Shown: positions 1-12,534, counted from the first letter of the whole stretch. The stretch is 61,583 bases of DNA, filler included, from Stramenopiles sp. TOSAG23-3 (GCA_900128585.1; 12 parts of 12 records of this genome joined end to end with filler, not necessarily neighbours in it); one strand, 5' to 3'. Notes: generated by a model not told the origin, from the letters alone. Numbers and translations: made by a program.

Positions 1-1
1 G

Positions 2-1525
2 GTGGCGGCGGCGGAAGCGGCGGCGGAAGCGGCAGGTGGCGCCTCCGAGGACGGGGAGGGGAGCGAAGCCGACGGAGAGCTTCGAGAAGCAAAATCGCCG
101 ACCGGTGAAGGAATGGAAATGGACCTTGCCGGCGGCGACCCGGTAACCATGGAATTAAACCCTGACGGAGAACTGGACAAGTGCATCGACGAGAGCACTC
201 AGGCGGAAGAGGGCCAAGCATTTGCGCACTCAGAGAGCGAAGGGAGCCAAGAAGATAGGGAATCACAAGACTCGGGCGCTGGCGCAACGGAGGAAACCCC
301 CGCCATCCCCAGCCAGCCGGCTCAGGAGAAGGGCGAGGACCAACCATCCGCAAGTGTAAATAAACACGTCCCTGTAGATAATTCGCGTGGTGTGGAGCAG
401 CGCGCGGGCGCTGAGGCCGGGGACGGAAGCCCCCCTGCTAGCAAAAAGCAGACGGCGCCGCCGTCGAACGATGGTGGCGCCGGTGCCAATTTAGACCAAA
501 TCAAGAACGTTCCTCAACCGAAAGGCCTGGAAGAAGGCAGCAGCATCGCAAAAGGGGCACCTTCGATTGGCGAGCACGATAAACCGGCATCGAAAACCGT
601 GGCGGCGAATTCTCCCCGTGAACTGAAGCAAGCGAAAGGACTTGAACATGCAAAAACTACTGCTGCAATAGAAATGGGGTCGGTCGGGGACAGCACCGAT
701 GTACCGAAGGCTGCCGCTGAAGACACCGCGAAGGCGGCGGCAAAAATGGACACGGGCAAGTTACGATCCAGCGTCCCTCGCAATATGTCTGTGAATTTAC
801 CCAATATCACCATTTCTGACGTAGAGGAGAAGCAAAAGCAAGGAAGAAACACGTCGTCTGCGAATGGCCCGAACGGGGCAAACGGGGCGGGGGCAGCGAG
901 TGCACCCTCTCCGCCGACGTCAACTTCTGGTTCCAAACCACAGAAGAAGGACAAAGCAGCAGGGGGGAAGCCTTCGAGGGCCTCCAGTAAATATAAAGGG
1001 GCTGCCTCCTCGAACTCTGGCTCCGTAAATACACTGAAAAATAAGGAGAAGTTGTCCATGTCCGAACGACTGAAAATGTTTGAGGGGATTCTGCCAAGGC
1101 CCCCCCCATCGTCCGACAAGAAAAAGATCGACCTGCCCCGGTCTGGTGCTAAAATCGAGAACATATTTACTACGTTGACGGCAAAGTTAAAGTCAGTGTC
1201 CGAGGATGAGTTTCAGCTGAGGCACCACTTAACGGACACCATAGTGGGCTACAATGTCATCCTATCGTCGCTGCACCAGAAAAATCTGGAAAACAAGGAG
1301 CAACTTCGAGTGCTCTCCGAACGCGCGGAGCAGGCTGAAAAGACGGCGGAATCTGTGTTGCAAGAAATAGAAAACATCCACACCGCGATAATGGTTTTGA
1401 TGGTTGGTCTGTTTTTGTCTTTCTTGATCCACGTTTATTATGCTCGGAGAAGAAGTGTGGACAGTGAACTCTTTATGTCACTTTACGACGATGACATAGG
1501 GGACGGCGAACAAGGAGACGTGTAA
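2..1525 (+). CDS. 5'-partial low-complexity protein with C-terminal coiled coil and single TM helix; possibly the C-terminal half of a mid-SUN (Slp1/SUCO-like) protein
   Basis: Open from contig start; long A/E/G/S/K-rich disordered region, then ENIFTTLTAKLKSV plus coiled coil and hydrophobic AIMVLMVGLFLSFLIHVYY followed by RRR. This layout recalls Slp1/SUCO C-termini, but no SUN domain is visible. Confidence 0.55.
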   Translation: MAAAEAAAEAAGGASEDGEGSEADGELREAKSPTGEGMEMDLAGGDPVTMELNPDGELDKCIDESTQAEEGQAFAHSESEGSQEDRESQDSGAGATEETPAIPSQPAQEKGEDQPSASVNKHVPVDNSRGVEQRAGAEAGDGSPPASKKQTAPPSNDGGAGANLDQIKNVPQPKGLEEGSSIAKGAPSIGEHDKPASKTVAANSPRELKQAKGLEHAKTTAAIEMGSVGDSTDVPKAAAEDTAKAAAKMDTGKLRSSVPRNMSVNLPNITISDVEEKQKQGRNTSSANGPNGANGAGAASAPSPPTSTSGSKPQKKDKAAGGKPSRASSKYKGAASSNSGSVNTLKNKEKLSMSERLKMFEGILPRPPPSSDKKKIDLPRSGAKIENIFTTLTAKLKSVSEDEFQLRHHLTDTIVGYNVILSSLHQKNLENKEQLRVLSERAEQAEKTAESVLQEIENIHTAIMVLMVGLFLSFLIHVYYARRRSVDSELFMSLYDDDIGDGEQGDV

Positions 1526-2269
1526 GTAGTCGTCTATATTGAATTTGTATGTGTTGGGTCATTATAGATTATTAGTTGTTTAGTTAATAACTCCAAAACC
1601 ATTTTTTTAACACATCCTATCTATCTTGTTTGAAAGCCACGTGGGTACCCATACCTACCTACCGACCAACCCGTAACCAGGTACCGGTACCAGGTACCTT
1701 ACCCTACGTAACAGGTACAAATAATAACATTGAGAAAATACCTCCTTATTATTATATAATTATATTTAAATCTCACATTCCTTTATTATTAGTCCGTTCT
1801 ATTAAATATTAGACTACAAATATGAGACCACCACCAAAAAAAAATAAAAATCAACCGCGCCCCCCCCCCAGCAGTACCAGTACCAAGTAGTATTTTAAAA
1901 AGTATAGTAATTATTGTGATTGATGATTGTTGATTATTATTTGATTGATGAAAAAATGAAGAACACCACGCGCAACACATAAAAAATAGAGATAATAAAA
2001 TATCGACGCGATCCCCCATCACCATCACCATCACCAGAAAATTGGAAACCTAGAAAATATGAGGGGAGAAACATGTACACAACGAAGACAAATTAAGTAC
2101 AGAAAAGAAGCCAAAAGCACAGAAATCATAAATAATTCACCTATTTTCCCCTTCCATAAGTTTTACGTCGGCACCCCGCGGTTTGTTTCCATTGTGTTGG
2201 GAAAACGTTGTCAAGCGAAGGGTGTGGGCCGGTAAGGTAGAGTCTATAGCAGTGGCTTGCGGTTTGAAA

Positions 2270-3817
2270 ATGGCAAGTACCGTTTCGAAGCAACCGCGGG
2301 ACAGAAATATTTTCCCCTGGCTAATGGTGTTGAGCAATGCGATGATTATTTCTACAAATGCATTTGCATTGTTTCAGTGTTTTCCGTACGCGGGATATAT
2401 GGTGGTATGGTTGGGGAAAGCGAAGACAAAAGACGAGGCCGGGTATTATGCTGGGTACTTGGGTGCTGGGTTCATGATTGGCCGTGCGTCCACGTCACTT
2501 CTATGGGGAATAATTGCCGACATCAAGGGCCGAAAATTGGTCATGATGATAGGCTGCTTTGCGATGATTGTGTTTCAAATTATGTTTGGCCTTGCGCAGA
2601 CGTTCGAAGTCGCGCTTGCATCTCGAATACTTCTGGGAATATTCAACGGCTTGGTCGGAACGTCCAAAACTGTTGCCAGTGAAATTGTGAACCGAGATCG
2701 GAGGGACCACCAGGCCTTATCGATGAGCATACTAAGCGCCGGCGTCTCGGTGGCATCGCTTCTGGGCCCTGCAATTGGTGGATGGCTTTCGGACCCGGCC
2801 AACCAGTACCCTGGAAGCATGTTCGATGTCGAATTTTTCCAGCAATACCCTTATTTTTTGCCGAACCTGGCCGGGGCCTTTTTGGAGTTCGTGTCAATGG
2901 TCCTGTGCTTCTTTTGCCTAGAGGAAACTCTGGTAAAGAAACAGGCGCCGTTGCAAAGGCCGTTGGACGGAACAGATCAGTCCGTATTTGCCAAAGAGAA
3001 AGAAGTTCCATTATTTCGGCAGATGTTGCCTCTGCTCCGGGAAAGCCTGGCGCTAATACAGCAGCCTGCCGTCCGTGTGGCCGTATTATGGTATTCGATA
3101 CACTCTATGTTTTCCATTTACGTGTATGAAATTTTCCCGCTCTGGCTTCTCGCTACAAAAGAGTCGGGGGGCATGGAGTTTGGTTTAGCCGCTATCGGAT
3201 CAATACAATCAATCACTGGCTTGGTCTTACTGTTGTATCAATCGTTTTTGTTTCCAAAGATTGCAAAGAAAGTCCTCCCTGTTCAATTGTGGAGTCGCTC
3301 TGGGATCCTGCTTTTCCCGTTGATTGTGGCGATGCCTTTTCTTGCGTTACTGTCGCACCACACTGAAATCAGTTTTGTGCTCTCCGCTGTGCTGAGATCG
3401 GTTCAAATCATCTTAGACATGACCATGTTCACGTGCAGTTTCTTGCTGATTAACAATTCTTGCGATGGTGATAAGCGCGGGGCAGCAAATGGTTTGGCAA
3501 TGAGTGTTGCGAGTGTTTTCAAGAGCGTTGGTCCTATCGTTGGAGGAGTAATCTTCGCGTGGTCCGCGACGAATGGGTTGGCGTTTCCTCTCGATCACCA
3601 CTTTTCATTTTTTCTTGTTGCTGTTTTGACCCTTATGGAAAGTTACTTTATTTCAAAAATGCCCAAGCATTTGAATCGGATGAAGGGTCTTGGCATCCCT
3701 TCGAAAACCGGGCATGCCCTTCTAGGGGCTGCAGAAGACAAAACGGTTGCTGTCGAAATGGTCAGCATTGAAAAGAAAGAGCAGAGAGACTGCAGCGGAA
3801 AGAAGGAAATGATTTAG
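2270..3817 (+). CDS. MFS transporter, ZIFL1 (zinc-induced-facilitator-like) family
   Basis: About 12 hydrophobic helices; FPYAGYMV, AGYYAG, MFS motif A WGIIADIKGRK, GPAIGGWLSDPA..YP, YPYFLP, RGAANGLA. First ATG at 2270. Confidence 0.9.
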   Translation: MASTVSKQPRDRNIFPWLMVLSNAMIISTNAFALFQCFPYAGYMVVWLGKAKTKDEAGYYAGYLGAGFMIGRASTSLLWGIIADIKGRKLVMMIGCFAMIVFQIMFGLAQTFEVALASRILLGIFNGLVGTSKTVASEIVNRDRRDHQALSMSILSAGVSVASLLGPAIGGWLSDPANQYPGSMFDVEFFQQYPYFLPNLAGAFLEFVSMVLCFFCLEETLVKKQAPLQRPLDGTDQSVFAKEKEVPLFRQMLPLLRESLALIQQPAVRVAVLWYSIHSMFSIYVYEIFPLWLLATKESGGMEFGLAAIGSIQSITGLVLLLYQSFLFPKIAKKVLPVQLWSRSGILLFPLIVAMPFLALLSHHTEISFVLSAVLRSVQIILDMTMFTCSFLLINNSCDGDKRGAANGLAMSVASVFKSVGPIVGGVIFAWSATNGLAFPLDHHFSFFLVAVLTLMESYFISKMPKHLNRMKGLGIPSKTGHALLGAAEDKTVAVEMVSIEKKEQRDCSGKKEMI

Positions 3818-4123
3818 GCTGGTCCAGAAGTGCCGACGTTCGCGTAAAGTCAAGCAAATCTTTATTCGTGTTGAAATAAATACGAGTATGTCTCTTACGA
3901 AGTTCGCAAGAGGCAAGCAGCTTATAAGAGTAAATAATATTTTGCGTATTGAGTTCGTAAGAGAGATGTAGAGTACCAAGTCGTAGCGTTAGTGCTCGTG
4001 CGGAGACACCAAAAAAATCAATATTTAATTTTTTTAAATTAGAATATAAAAAATATACTAACAACTCTCATGTCAAGAGTTCTGATGTAAAGAGGAAAAA
4101 ACTGGCCTTGCGCGCATGCGTCA

Positions 4124-4465
4124 CTATTGTCGCATGGGAATCACAGTGCGGGGGGGGGGGGGGGGGGGGCTGGCCACGGGTCGCTCCATGACCGGGTCTA
4201 GCCGGTTGCGGACGTCTTTGCACAAGTCTGAGTTCAACCAAGTGTCCAATGCGTCTTGGTTGTCCCAGCAAGTCAGCGCATAGTACGCATCTGGTTTATT
4301 TTTTTCCGTCAAAACTTCAATGCTCACTAAACCTGGTTGGTTGATTACTTCTTTTTTAATATTGTCCATGACGTCTTTCACTTTGTGTTCGTAACCTGGA
4401 GCAATGTGCCGCTCCGAAAGGCGGTAGACGCGCTGAAAGCTTTGCAAAGTTCTTCGAAAAGCCAT
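4124..4465 (-). CDS. Small ABM (antibiotic biosynthesis monooxygenase)-fold protein with possible mitochondrial presequence
   Basis: MAFRRTLQSFQR leader; QPGLVSIEVL...YYALTCWDNQDALDTWLNS fits the ABM PG-x-x-S...W-x4-A-x3-W-x2-S pattern. 3' end crosses a 20-G run, so the C-terminus is uncertain. Confidence 0.7.
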   Translation of the reverse strand: MAFRRTLQSFQRVYRLSERHIAPGYEHKVKDVMDNIKKEVINQPGLVSIEVLTEKNKPDAYYALTCWDNQDALDTWLNSDLCKDVRNRLDPVMERPVASPPPPPPRTVIPMRQ

Positions 4466-5051
4466 TGCGAACAGAAAAAATAATTGCCTTGTTTTGTATT
4501 GCTGTGCTGAACAACTTCGTGTGTTTGTGTGTTTGTATGTCTGTTTAAGATCCAATTTCCAGTTCCTTTCGTTTCTTTTCATAAAACACATTCATAAATT
4601 ATATTTACTATCTTAAATAGATAATCACAGAAGAAGAATAAAAAAATAAATAAAAAAAAAAAAAAAAAAGATAGAGAGAAGAGAGAAGAAGAAGGCTTCA
4701 TAAAATTATTACAAAACTTATCATCAACACAATATTTTTCTATACTAGACAATACAGAAGCACATCATAGACTACAATGACTTTAAATTTTTTTAATCTA
4801 TAATATCCTCGTATATAATAAAATATTAGTCTAATAGTACTACTAATAACAATGGCGTTTTGCGTTTCATCAATTCTATATAATAAGGAGTCGTTCTCTT
4901 TCTTTGAGTAGACTGACTACGCGTATTATATGAATATTTTAGTGCATTTAGTGCATTTAGAGCAGAGTTGATGTGCTGTGTCCATTTCTTTTTCTTTTTT
5001 CTTGTGCTTAATTATATAATTAAATAATATTATTAAATAATAGTCTAGTAT

Positions 5052-5151
5052 NNNNNNNNNNNNNNNNNNNNNNNNNNNNNNNNNNNNNNNNNNNNTTAAT
5101 TAATTAANNNNNNNNNNNNNNNNNNNNNNNNNNNNNNNNNNNNNNNNNNNN
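5052..5151. other. Artificial contig spacer (N44-TTAATTAATTAA-N44)
   Basis: Identical 100-nt spacers also at 10201-10300, 15345-15444, 20488-20587, 25631-25730, 30773-30872, 35915-36014, 41055-41154, 46193-46292, 51327-51426 and 56459-56558; contig lengths fall or tie from 5051 to 5025. Confidence 0.99.
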
Positions 5152-5152
5152 C

Positions 5153-8100
5153 TACGATCTTGCCCGGCACCTGCTCACGCACGACGACGGCGGCAAAGGC
5201 TTTGACCGTGGGGTCGGCATCGACAGCAGGAGCGGTTCGCTGGGGTGGAGTGCGTACCGCGGACCCCGCAGTGGGACCGGCGTCCTTGGGGCCCTGCCTG
5301 TGAAGTTAGGGGAATGGCAGTTTGTCGCAGTTGTATATGATAGTACTGCTGGAACTGTCCTTCTGTACGTGGACGGGGAAACCCTGAAGGGCAAGTCCTC
5401 CTGCGCAGCTGGGAATACGTTTTTGAGTCTAGGCAAAAGCTCAACCGAACGAGTTGGCTTTCACGGCACGATTGATTCCGTGTTTATTTACAGCTCTGCT
5501 TTAGGAATAGGCGAAATAGACCACCTCAAGCAATTTTCCCAGGAGAGCGTACTACCAGTTCCGGGCAGCGCAGGGTATGCGATATCGCTTGAGGCAGGGG
5601 CTACAATGGAGGCGTCCGCATTCGTCTCTGCCACCCCAGGCGCAGCTGCTGCTAGACTAAAGCAAGTCGATGGCCTAAGTGCATTGACAGTTGCAATGTG
5701 GATAAAGCCTGGTGTGATTAAAAATGGCCAGATAATGGGCCTTGTAGAAAAAGCTGGTAAAGAAGGGGAAACTGGCAAGGAATACAAAATAGAACTGTAC
5801 CACGAACCAAACAAACAAACGGCCGACATACGCGTCAGTTTGGGCAGCCCGAGTGGATCGAAGTGGGATTTTGTATGGAATTCGTACGTAACAGTTCCCA
5901 GCGATGGCCAACAGTGGTCCCACATTGCCGTAGTTTGGGATAGCAAAGCTGCGCATCCGTATGTAGGAGTTGCAGTAAATGGCATAATACACAGGCATAA
6001 TTACACTAGGGGGATTCTGGTTGTTGGAAAGGGGCGGTTGGTTTTTGGGGCTTCACGAAGCCATGTGGCGAGTGGCGCCGGTAGCTTGCAACATTTTGTT
6101 GGTGGCATGGATGAAATTCAAGTTTGGCACGTTGCTCGAAAGGATGACGAGCTTGTCGGAATTAGACCATACCATCGAATCCTTGATGGCACCGAGAACG
6201 GGCTAGTCGGTTATTGGCATTTTAACGAAGGGTTCGGAAAATACGCAAATGGTGCATGTTTCCACAAGAATGCCCTATTTGGTAAGTTAACGTTTTTGCC
6301 GAAGGGGGCGAATCCGCTTCAATGGGTTATTTCCGGCGCTGGCGTCGGAAATATTGTAGAAACTTTAGAGGACGTGAAGGCAGTCATTCAATTGAATGGC
6401 ACAGACGCTCAAGGGCGGGAGATTTATCCCGTCATCACGTCGATGCCGACCGCGGGCAAGCTATTCTTTGCTACCCCGTCGCTCTACCAGAGCAGTAGCC
6501 AGTACAAAGCGGGTGGTCAAATTTTGGAAGTCCCAGTTATCTTGAGCTCCAACCACTTCGTTATATACGAACCCCCGCGCGATGGTTTTAGTGGGACCCT
6601 CGACTCGAATGGCAAAGCCAAAAGCGTGTTTGACTCATTTCAATACCATGTTGCGACCGCAGATGGCGCGCGATTATCGTCGACCGACGTTACAATAAAC
6701 ATATACGTAGACCCCGTCAACGATATGCCCACTTTTTTGCAGCCCAAAGCTGTCTCCTTGGAGTTCAAAGATTACCGCATTGATGATATAGATGCGTGGG
6801 AGGGCAAAGGGGCCCTTGATGTCAGTTTACGTATCGACGGGGATGGCTTGGCGTCCTCGCTGAACACACAGGCCGACCATTCGACGGTAACTCTAGGCTC
6901 AACAGCAGCTTTAGATTTTGCTTCTCCCGATGGGCAAGGAGATGGTATCCGAGATCCCATCACTCGATTCACGGGATCGTTAGACCGTGTCAATTCAGCA
7001 GTTGAAACTTTCACCTTGACAACACCACCAAAATTTAGTGGTAATTTTTCCCTGTTAGTCAACGATCTAGGCGAACAGGGATTAGGCGGGTCGCTGCGTG
7101 ATTCTCACACAGTAGGGTTAAATCTGCGGTCTGGTAGTATACCAAACCTGGCAAGTGTGGTCCCGCCCTCTGCCCCAATTACAGGAGGCCTAGAAGCCGA
7201 GATTTTTGGGAGCAATTTTGATGCCGAGGATTTGAAGTGTGTTTGGGGTGGTGCAAAAATGGTGCCTGCTGTAAAAATGTCGTCGGCGCATATTCGTTGT
7301 GAAATCCCTGCAACTGCGGCAGGTATGGTGTCCCTCCAAGTTATGACTGGGGTTGGGTTTATAAGCAATAAACTGCAATTTGCGTTCAAGCCAGAACCTA
7401 TCATTGCGAAAATCAGTCCAGCTTCTGGGCAGGCTGCAGGAGGAACCCGAGTCGTGATCTCTGGGGGGGATATCATTTCTAGTAGTCGTCTCTCGTGTCG
7501 CTTCGGAGCTATTGTAGTTCCTGCGTTGTACATATCACACAGTGCTATGGAATGCTATGCTCCGGTGGCATTTAGCGCCGGTCCGGCAATGTTGCGGATC
7601 AGTAATAACGGGCACCACTTTAGCCCATCGTCTCAGTCATTTACATATTACAGAGAGCCTGTAATCAATTCTTTGCAGCCGTCTGCCGGACCCTCCATTG
7701 GGAAAACCGCTGTATTGATTCGGGCGCTTAATCTGGTGAATACCACGTCCTTAAGTTGTAAATTTGGAGAAAGCGTTGTATCGGCCACATTTGTTACCCA
7801 AACGAAGGTCAGCTGTGTGTCTCCCCCGCTTAACACGAAAAATAGGGCGTTGCCGGTGTCGGTCGATGTCAGTTTGTCTATTAATGGGATTGATTTCGTT
7901 GGTATCAGTCGTCGATTTACGTACATGAATCAAGTTTCTGTGAAACGCATAGCCCCGAAACATGGGCCAGTCGAAGGAGGAACTTCAATAGTTGTTCATG
8001 GGCTGCATTTTGTGGACTCTGATGCGTTGGTGTGCCGATTTGGAAGCACCACTGTATCTGCGGTGTACCGTTCGGCGACAGAACTTGTTTGTGTGACGCC

Positions 8101-10200
8101 GCCAAGTAACACAGGAAGTGTTTCTCTTGAAATTTCTTCAAACAAAGTAGACTTCTCCACGAACGGGATTTTGTTTAATTACAAAATGCAGTCGATGGTC
8201 AGTTCGGTTTCTCCCACATTAGGGCCAATGAGAGGAGGGACTGAGGTCACTGTTGAGGGGACAGGGTTTGTTCAAGGCAATGCATTTCATTGCCGGTTCG
8301 GAAAAAATGAAGCCGTGCTTATTCCGGCAACGTGGATAGCACCAACCATGCTGCGCTGCACGACCCCGGAAATGCAGAAGAGTGGCACAGTAACTGTTCA
8401 TGTCACGAGCAACCACATTGATTTCACCGCACCAAATACAGCTTCGGTGTTTACGTTCACAGAAGTGGCGGTTATTTCTAGGTTTAGTGCAACCAGTGGA
8501 CCTGTAATTGGAAACACAACAGTGCAGATTGAAGGTCAATTCTCGTGGCCGCTACCTACAACTGATTTGTTAAGGTGTCGTTTCGGCAGTAAAGACACTG
8601 TCGCACAGTTCCTTTCACCCGGTGTAATTGTTTGTAAAACTCCCCCTATGTTGGCTTCTGGTGCCGTTGCAGTGGCCATCTCGTTAAATGGGGTTAATTT
8701 TGTCGAGGCGACAAGCACGTTCTTGTACTATAAAAACGTTGTACTATCGTCGCTAAGTCCCCTTACTGGATCTGTTAAAGGGGGAACACTTGTTAAGATT
8801 ACCGGGAAACATTTTCTGTCCGGAAACGCATTAAGTTCTTGCCGTTTTGGAAGCACAGCTGTACCGGCTAAGATTAAAAACTCTACGAGTTTAGAATGTA
8901 TCTCGCCAACCAGTGCTAGTGGGTCCGTGACAGTCGAAATTACCATGAATGGAATCGATTTTTCTGCAAGCAACGCCCGATATCGCTTTAGCCCACAGCC
9001 GAAAGTTACTAGCATTGATCCGCCTTTTGCGTCAATGCAGGGCGGTGCCGTGTTGACAATCCGTGGCTCTCATTTTGCGTCGACAGAACATTTATCATGC
9101 CGCTTTGGTGACTCTTTAGTCCGCGCTACATACTTGTCACCAGATGCTTTGCTCTGCACTGCCCCTAGTGCTACATCACCAGGAATGTCAGAACTTGCTA
9201 TTTCTAATAACGGTGTTGACTATTCTATTGCCGAAACCGTAACTTTAGAATATTACAAGGACATTGAAGTTGGGGAAATGGTCCCCATGTTTGGTCCTGT
9301 TTCGGGTGGCACTGTCGTCACACTAAATGCAAACCATTTCATGAATACTACAAGGATCATGTGCAGCTTTAATGGAACAAAGGTTTTGGCTAACTATTTG
9401 ACGAATCGTAGTATTGAATGTGTCGTACCTCCCGTGTCTGGGGAGATGAATAGTGAGGTAATGATCTCGATCAATGGCAACGATTTTTCATCCGCTGGTA
9501 TGACCTTCCAGCATGTTATTGTACCCACCGTAACACATCTTACGCCAAAAGTTGGCCCAATTCACGGTGGTACTGAAATTTTCTTGTCGGGGAGCAATTT
9601 TATTGGAACCGCGGAATTATCTTGCAGGTTCCATGGAAAGCATGTTGTGAAATCCGTTTTCTCTTCCCCATTCCTCATCAAATGCAAGGTGCCCCCCGCT
9701 GAAGTTGTGGGACCAGTGACGGTCGAAATTACAACGAATGGGGTAGATTTTCTGACGACATCTTTGCACTATTTTTATGTTGACAATATGGGTGTAACTT
9801 CAATTTATCCCGAAATGGGCCCCATCGGTGGCGGGACAGCAATTACTTTATTGGGCTCTAATTTTGAAAACACTGATTCTCTTGCATGTAAATTTGGACA
9901 AAAAGAAACAGTCCCCGCGGAGTGGCTCTCCGATGCCGCGATTCTGTGCACTACACCTAAGACGGAAAACGCAGAAGTAGTAACTGTCCGTTTAACTGGT
10001 AACTCGGTAGACTATACAACTCAGACGCTACAATTTCAATACTACTCCCCCGCAAACGTCCAAGCTTTGAGTATAAAACACGGCCCATCGTCAGGTGATA
10101 CATCTGTTGAAGTTTCGGGAGCAGGTTTTTTGAATACATCAAGTTTCCGTTGTAAATTTGGGAAAATTGTTTCTCCCCCGTTGTCATACGTGAATGAAAC
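5153..10200 (+). CDS. Giant extracellular protein fragment: LamG/ConA-like domains, cadherin-like Ig domains, at least 12 tandem IPT/TIG domains
   Basis: Frame open across the whole contig. LamG motifs WQFVAVVYD, WSHIAVVWD, GGMDEIQVW, LVGYWHFNEG; FDSFQY...VDPVNDMP (cadherin/Big-like); from about 7140, ~87-aa repeats P-x-x-G-x-x-x-GGT-x-V-x-I-x-G...CRFG...C-x-x-P...S-x-NG-x-DF (11 complete, 1 partial). Confidence 0.9.
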
Positions 10201-10382
10201 NNNNNNNNNNNNNNNNNNNNNNNNNNNNNNNNNNNNNNNNNNNNTTAATTAATTAANNNNNNNNNNNNNNNNNNNNNNNNNNNNNNNNNNNNNNNNNNNN
10301 AAGAGTGTGCACCTACATCTGTCAGATTGAAAGTTTTACTTTTACTGACACAAATTTTATAGTGACCGCAGAATAACGACCC

Positions 10383-10892
10383 CTAGGGTAACGAACACCG
10401 GGCCTCAAACGCTTCTAATATATATTTTAACACTGTGTCAAAAACATATGAAGATATTTTTGAATATACAGGGTCTTTGTATAGTACTTTTAAATAAAAG
10501 TCAACATCACAGTAATTTTGCATTTTACCAGGGCGAAACTTCCAGTTTGCAACCATATATTTAAATATGCCATTTTCACTGGACCGGGCTCGGATAAATC
10601 TATTAGGTATCATGGTAACATATGACGTGTAGTTTTCACGGTAAGTAAGAAACCGAATTTCCAGATTAACAACCATTTTGACCACAGTGATGTTATTTCT
10701 GAGGTTAGAAAACTCAGGGCCTCTTACAATAGTTGAATTAACGCACCAGGGAACAAACTTTCTGTATGCAGACACATCTGATATAACAGAATATACATGT
10801 TTATGGCAAAATGGGACGATTCGCCTTTCACCATGAACCCGAGACAAAGAAGAAAAGCTGCGCGAAGATAGTATATATTTTTGATACTGCAT
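10383..10892 (-). CDS. COQ10: Coenzyme Q-binding protein COQ10 (START/polyketide cyclase fold)
   Basis: YSVISDVSAYRKFVPWCVNS, ENYTSYVT, WKFRPG...CDVDFY, AFEARC; short presequence-like N-terminus. Confidence 0.88.
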   Translation of the reverse strand: MQYQKYILSSRSFSSLSRVHGERRIVPFCHKHVYSVISDVSAYRKFVPWCVNSTIVRGPEFSNLRNNITVVKMVVNLEIRFLTYRENYTSYVTMIPNRFIRARSSENGIFKYMVANWKFRPGKMQNYCDVDFYLKVLYKDPVYSKISSYVFDTVLKYILEAFEARCSLP

Positions 10893-11776
10893 CTGCTCTC
10901 TAAACTCTTCAGGGAGTACCGAGACGTTCTCCGTGAAAGGCGGTATGTAAAAGCTCGTAAAAAGTCATACTCCTGCCCATACACAGAAAAGATATGTGGT
11001 TGAGTCGTAGTGTAGGCGCATCGGTAGGAAGCATTTACTTTATTCCTTTATCACATTGTGTCCGTTTTCCTTTTGACTTAGTTCACAACTACTAAAACTG
11101 CATTTTGCTGTTGTGTTAGTCATTAAAAGAAAAACAATAATGTACAGTATTCCTTATTTTGAAATAATTTGAATCTTTCCTGGTGTGGCGATTACAACAC
11201 TTTTACAAAAACTAAAAAAGAATAAATAGAAAATACAAAGAGAGGAGTGTGTACTTCTTCAAAAAATTGCTACAGCAGAAGAAAAAAAATTTAACATTTT
11301 TAAAGTGAATAATTTCCTAATAATTTTATTTAATTTACAATGTAAACAGAGCAGCTAATATAATATTATGATAGAGGATTCCTTATTATTTTCACGATAC
11401 ATTCTTTCTCCCTTCTGCTAACAAAAAAAAGAAAAAAACTGCTAAGAAGAACGAACAGAACCATCTTTTTTTCACTTTGTTTTTCATCATCATATTCGAT
11501 GCTGTGAAATGTTAAATTTGATTAAAGTTTAATTTTTTTATTTAGTAATTTTCGCACTTCTTTTTTTCTTTTTATTATTATATTTTAATTATGCTGTGTG
11601 TATAAAAATAAATTGGGAAAGTTGGTTAAGGGTTTTGCATTAGTTGGGAAAGTTTTAACATTATATTAAAGAATTAGTAGAACGGTGGCTTCACAGTTAT
11701 AACAAGTTAAGAGTAGTTTACATAAAAGTTAGGTTCGGACTCTCAGCGTGTTGGGAGTGAACGGATGCAATCGATT

Positions 11777-12298
11777 CTATAAATGATGTTGGTCTTCGTC
11801 CAAATTGAAGTACAGCGTGAAAAAAAAATTCGCACTAAGACTGCAAAAACAACCGACCATTGTACAAATCCAGCATGATGTCCCTCCACACATACATACA
11901 CCAACGATAACTCCCAGCATTCCGACTGCACCGTGAAATAAAAGCCGGTTAGATATCCACAACCAAGTTGAACACGACCCCATAAAAGGTGTAGATGATG
12001 GTTGAAGGCAATGGGAAAGTTGTGTCATGAGACATTTTTTTCCCTTCCTAATGATACCCACTACATTTCCGACTCGCGTCGCATCTCTGTATTCTTGAAC
12101 AGCCGGGTCAAATTTTCCCCGGCACCAAGGACACGTGTCCGATGTTTTTAGACGTGTGGAATGAATACAATTTCGACGGGCCAATTTATCTGCAAACCCA
12201 CTCTCCAAACATTGAGGACATTTAAAATTATACAAGGATTGCAAGAAGGCTTTTTCCTCGCTGCATTACGAACAGAACTGTTGTGGGACGATCTTCAT
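11777..12298 (-). pseudogene. RING-like zinc finger plus two TM helices, interrupted by an in-frame TAA
   Basis: ATG at 12298 gives MKIVPQQFCS*CSEEKAFLQSLYNFKCPQC...NCIH...CPWCR then two hydrophobic segments; TAA at 12268-12266 lies inside the first CxxC. Confidence 0.45.
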
Positions 12299-12534
12299 TT
12301 TTTGTTCTTTTAAAAAGGTTGAACGAGAAAGGGAGGGGAGCGGTAGAGAAAAACGATAAAGGACATTTATATACTTTTTATATACTTTTTCCCTTATAAA
12401 ATGAATGAGACTAACTTTCATCATTTGACTTAACTATTCTTTAATACTTAGTTGATCAAAGAATCGAATAATATATATATACTACATAACATATAACATT
12501 AAATCTGAGAAACAGATTTTTTCACCAAATCACG

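Noticed and set aside
4150..4169. 20-G run as a poly-Pro tail or G-quadruplex
   Set aside because: Long G homopolymers are unreliable in short-read data; length and frame cannot be trusted.
5052..5151. TTAATTAATTAA recurring every ~5.1 kb as a biological repeat or CRISPR-like array
   Set aside because: Always centred in a fixed-length N block with stops in all frames; it is a concatenation linker.
12266..12268. TAA reassigned to a sense codon
   Set aside because: Many genes here, including OXSM on the same contig, end at TAA at the expected position.
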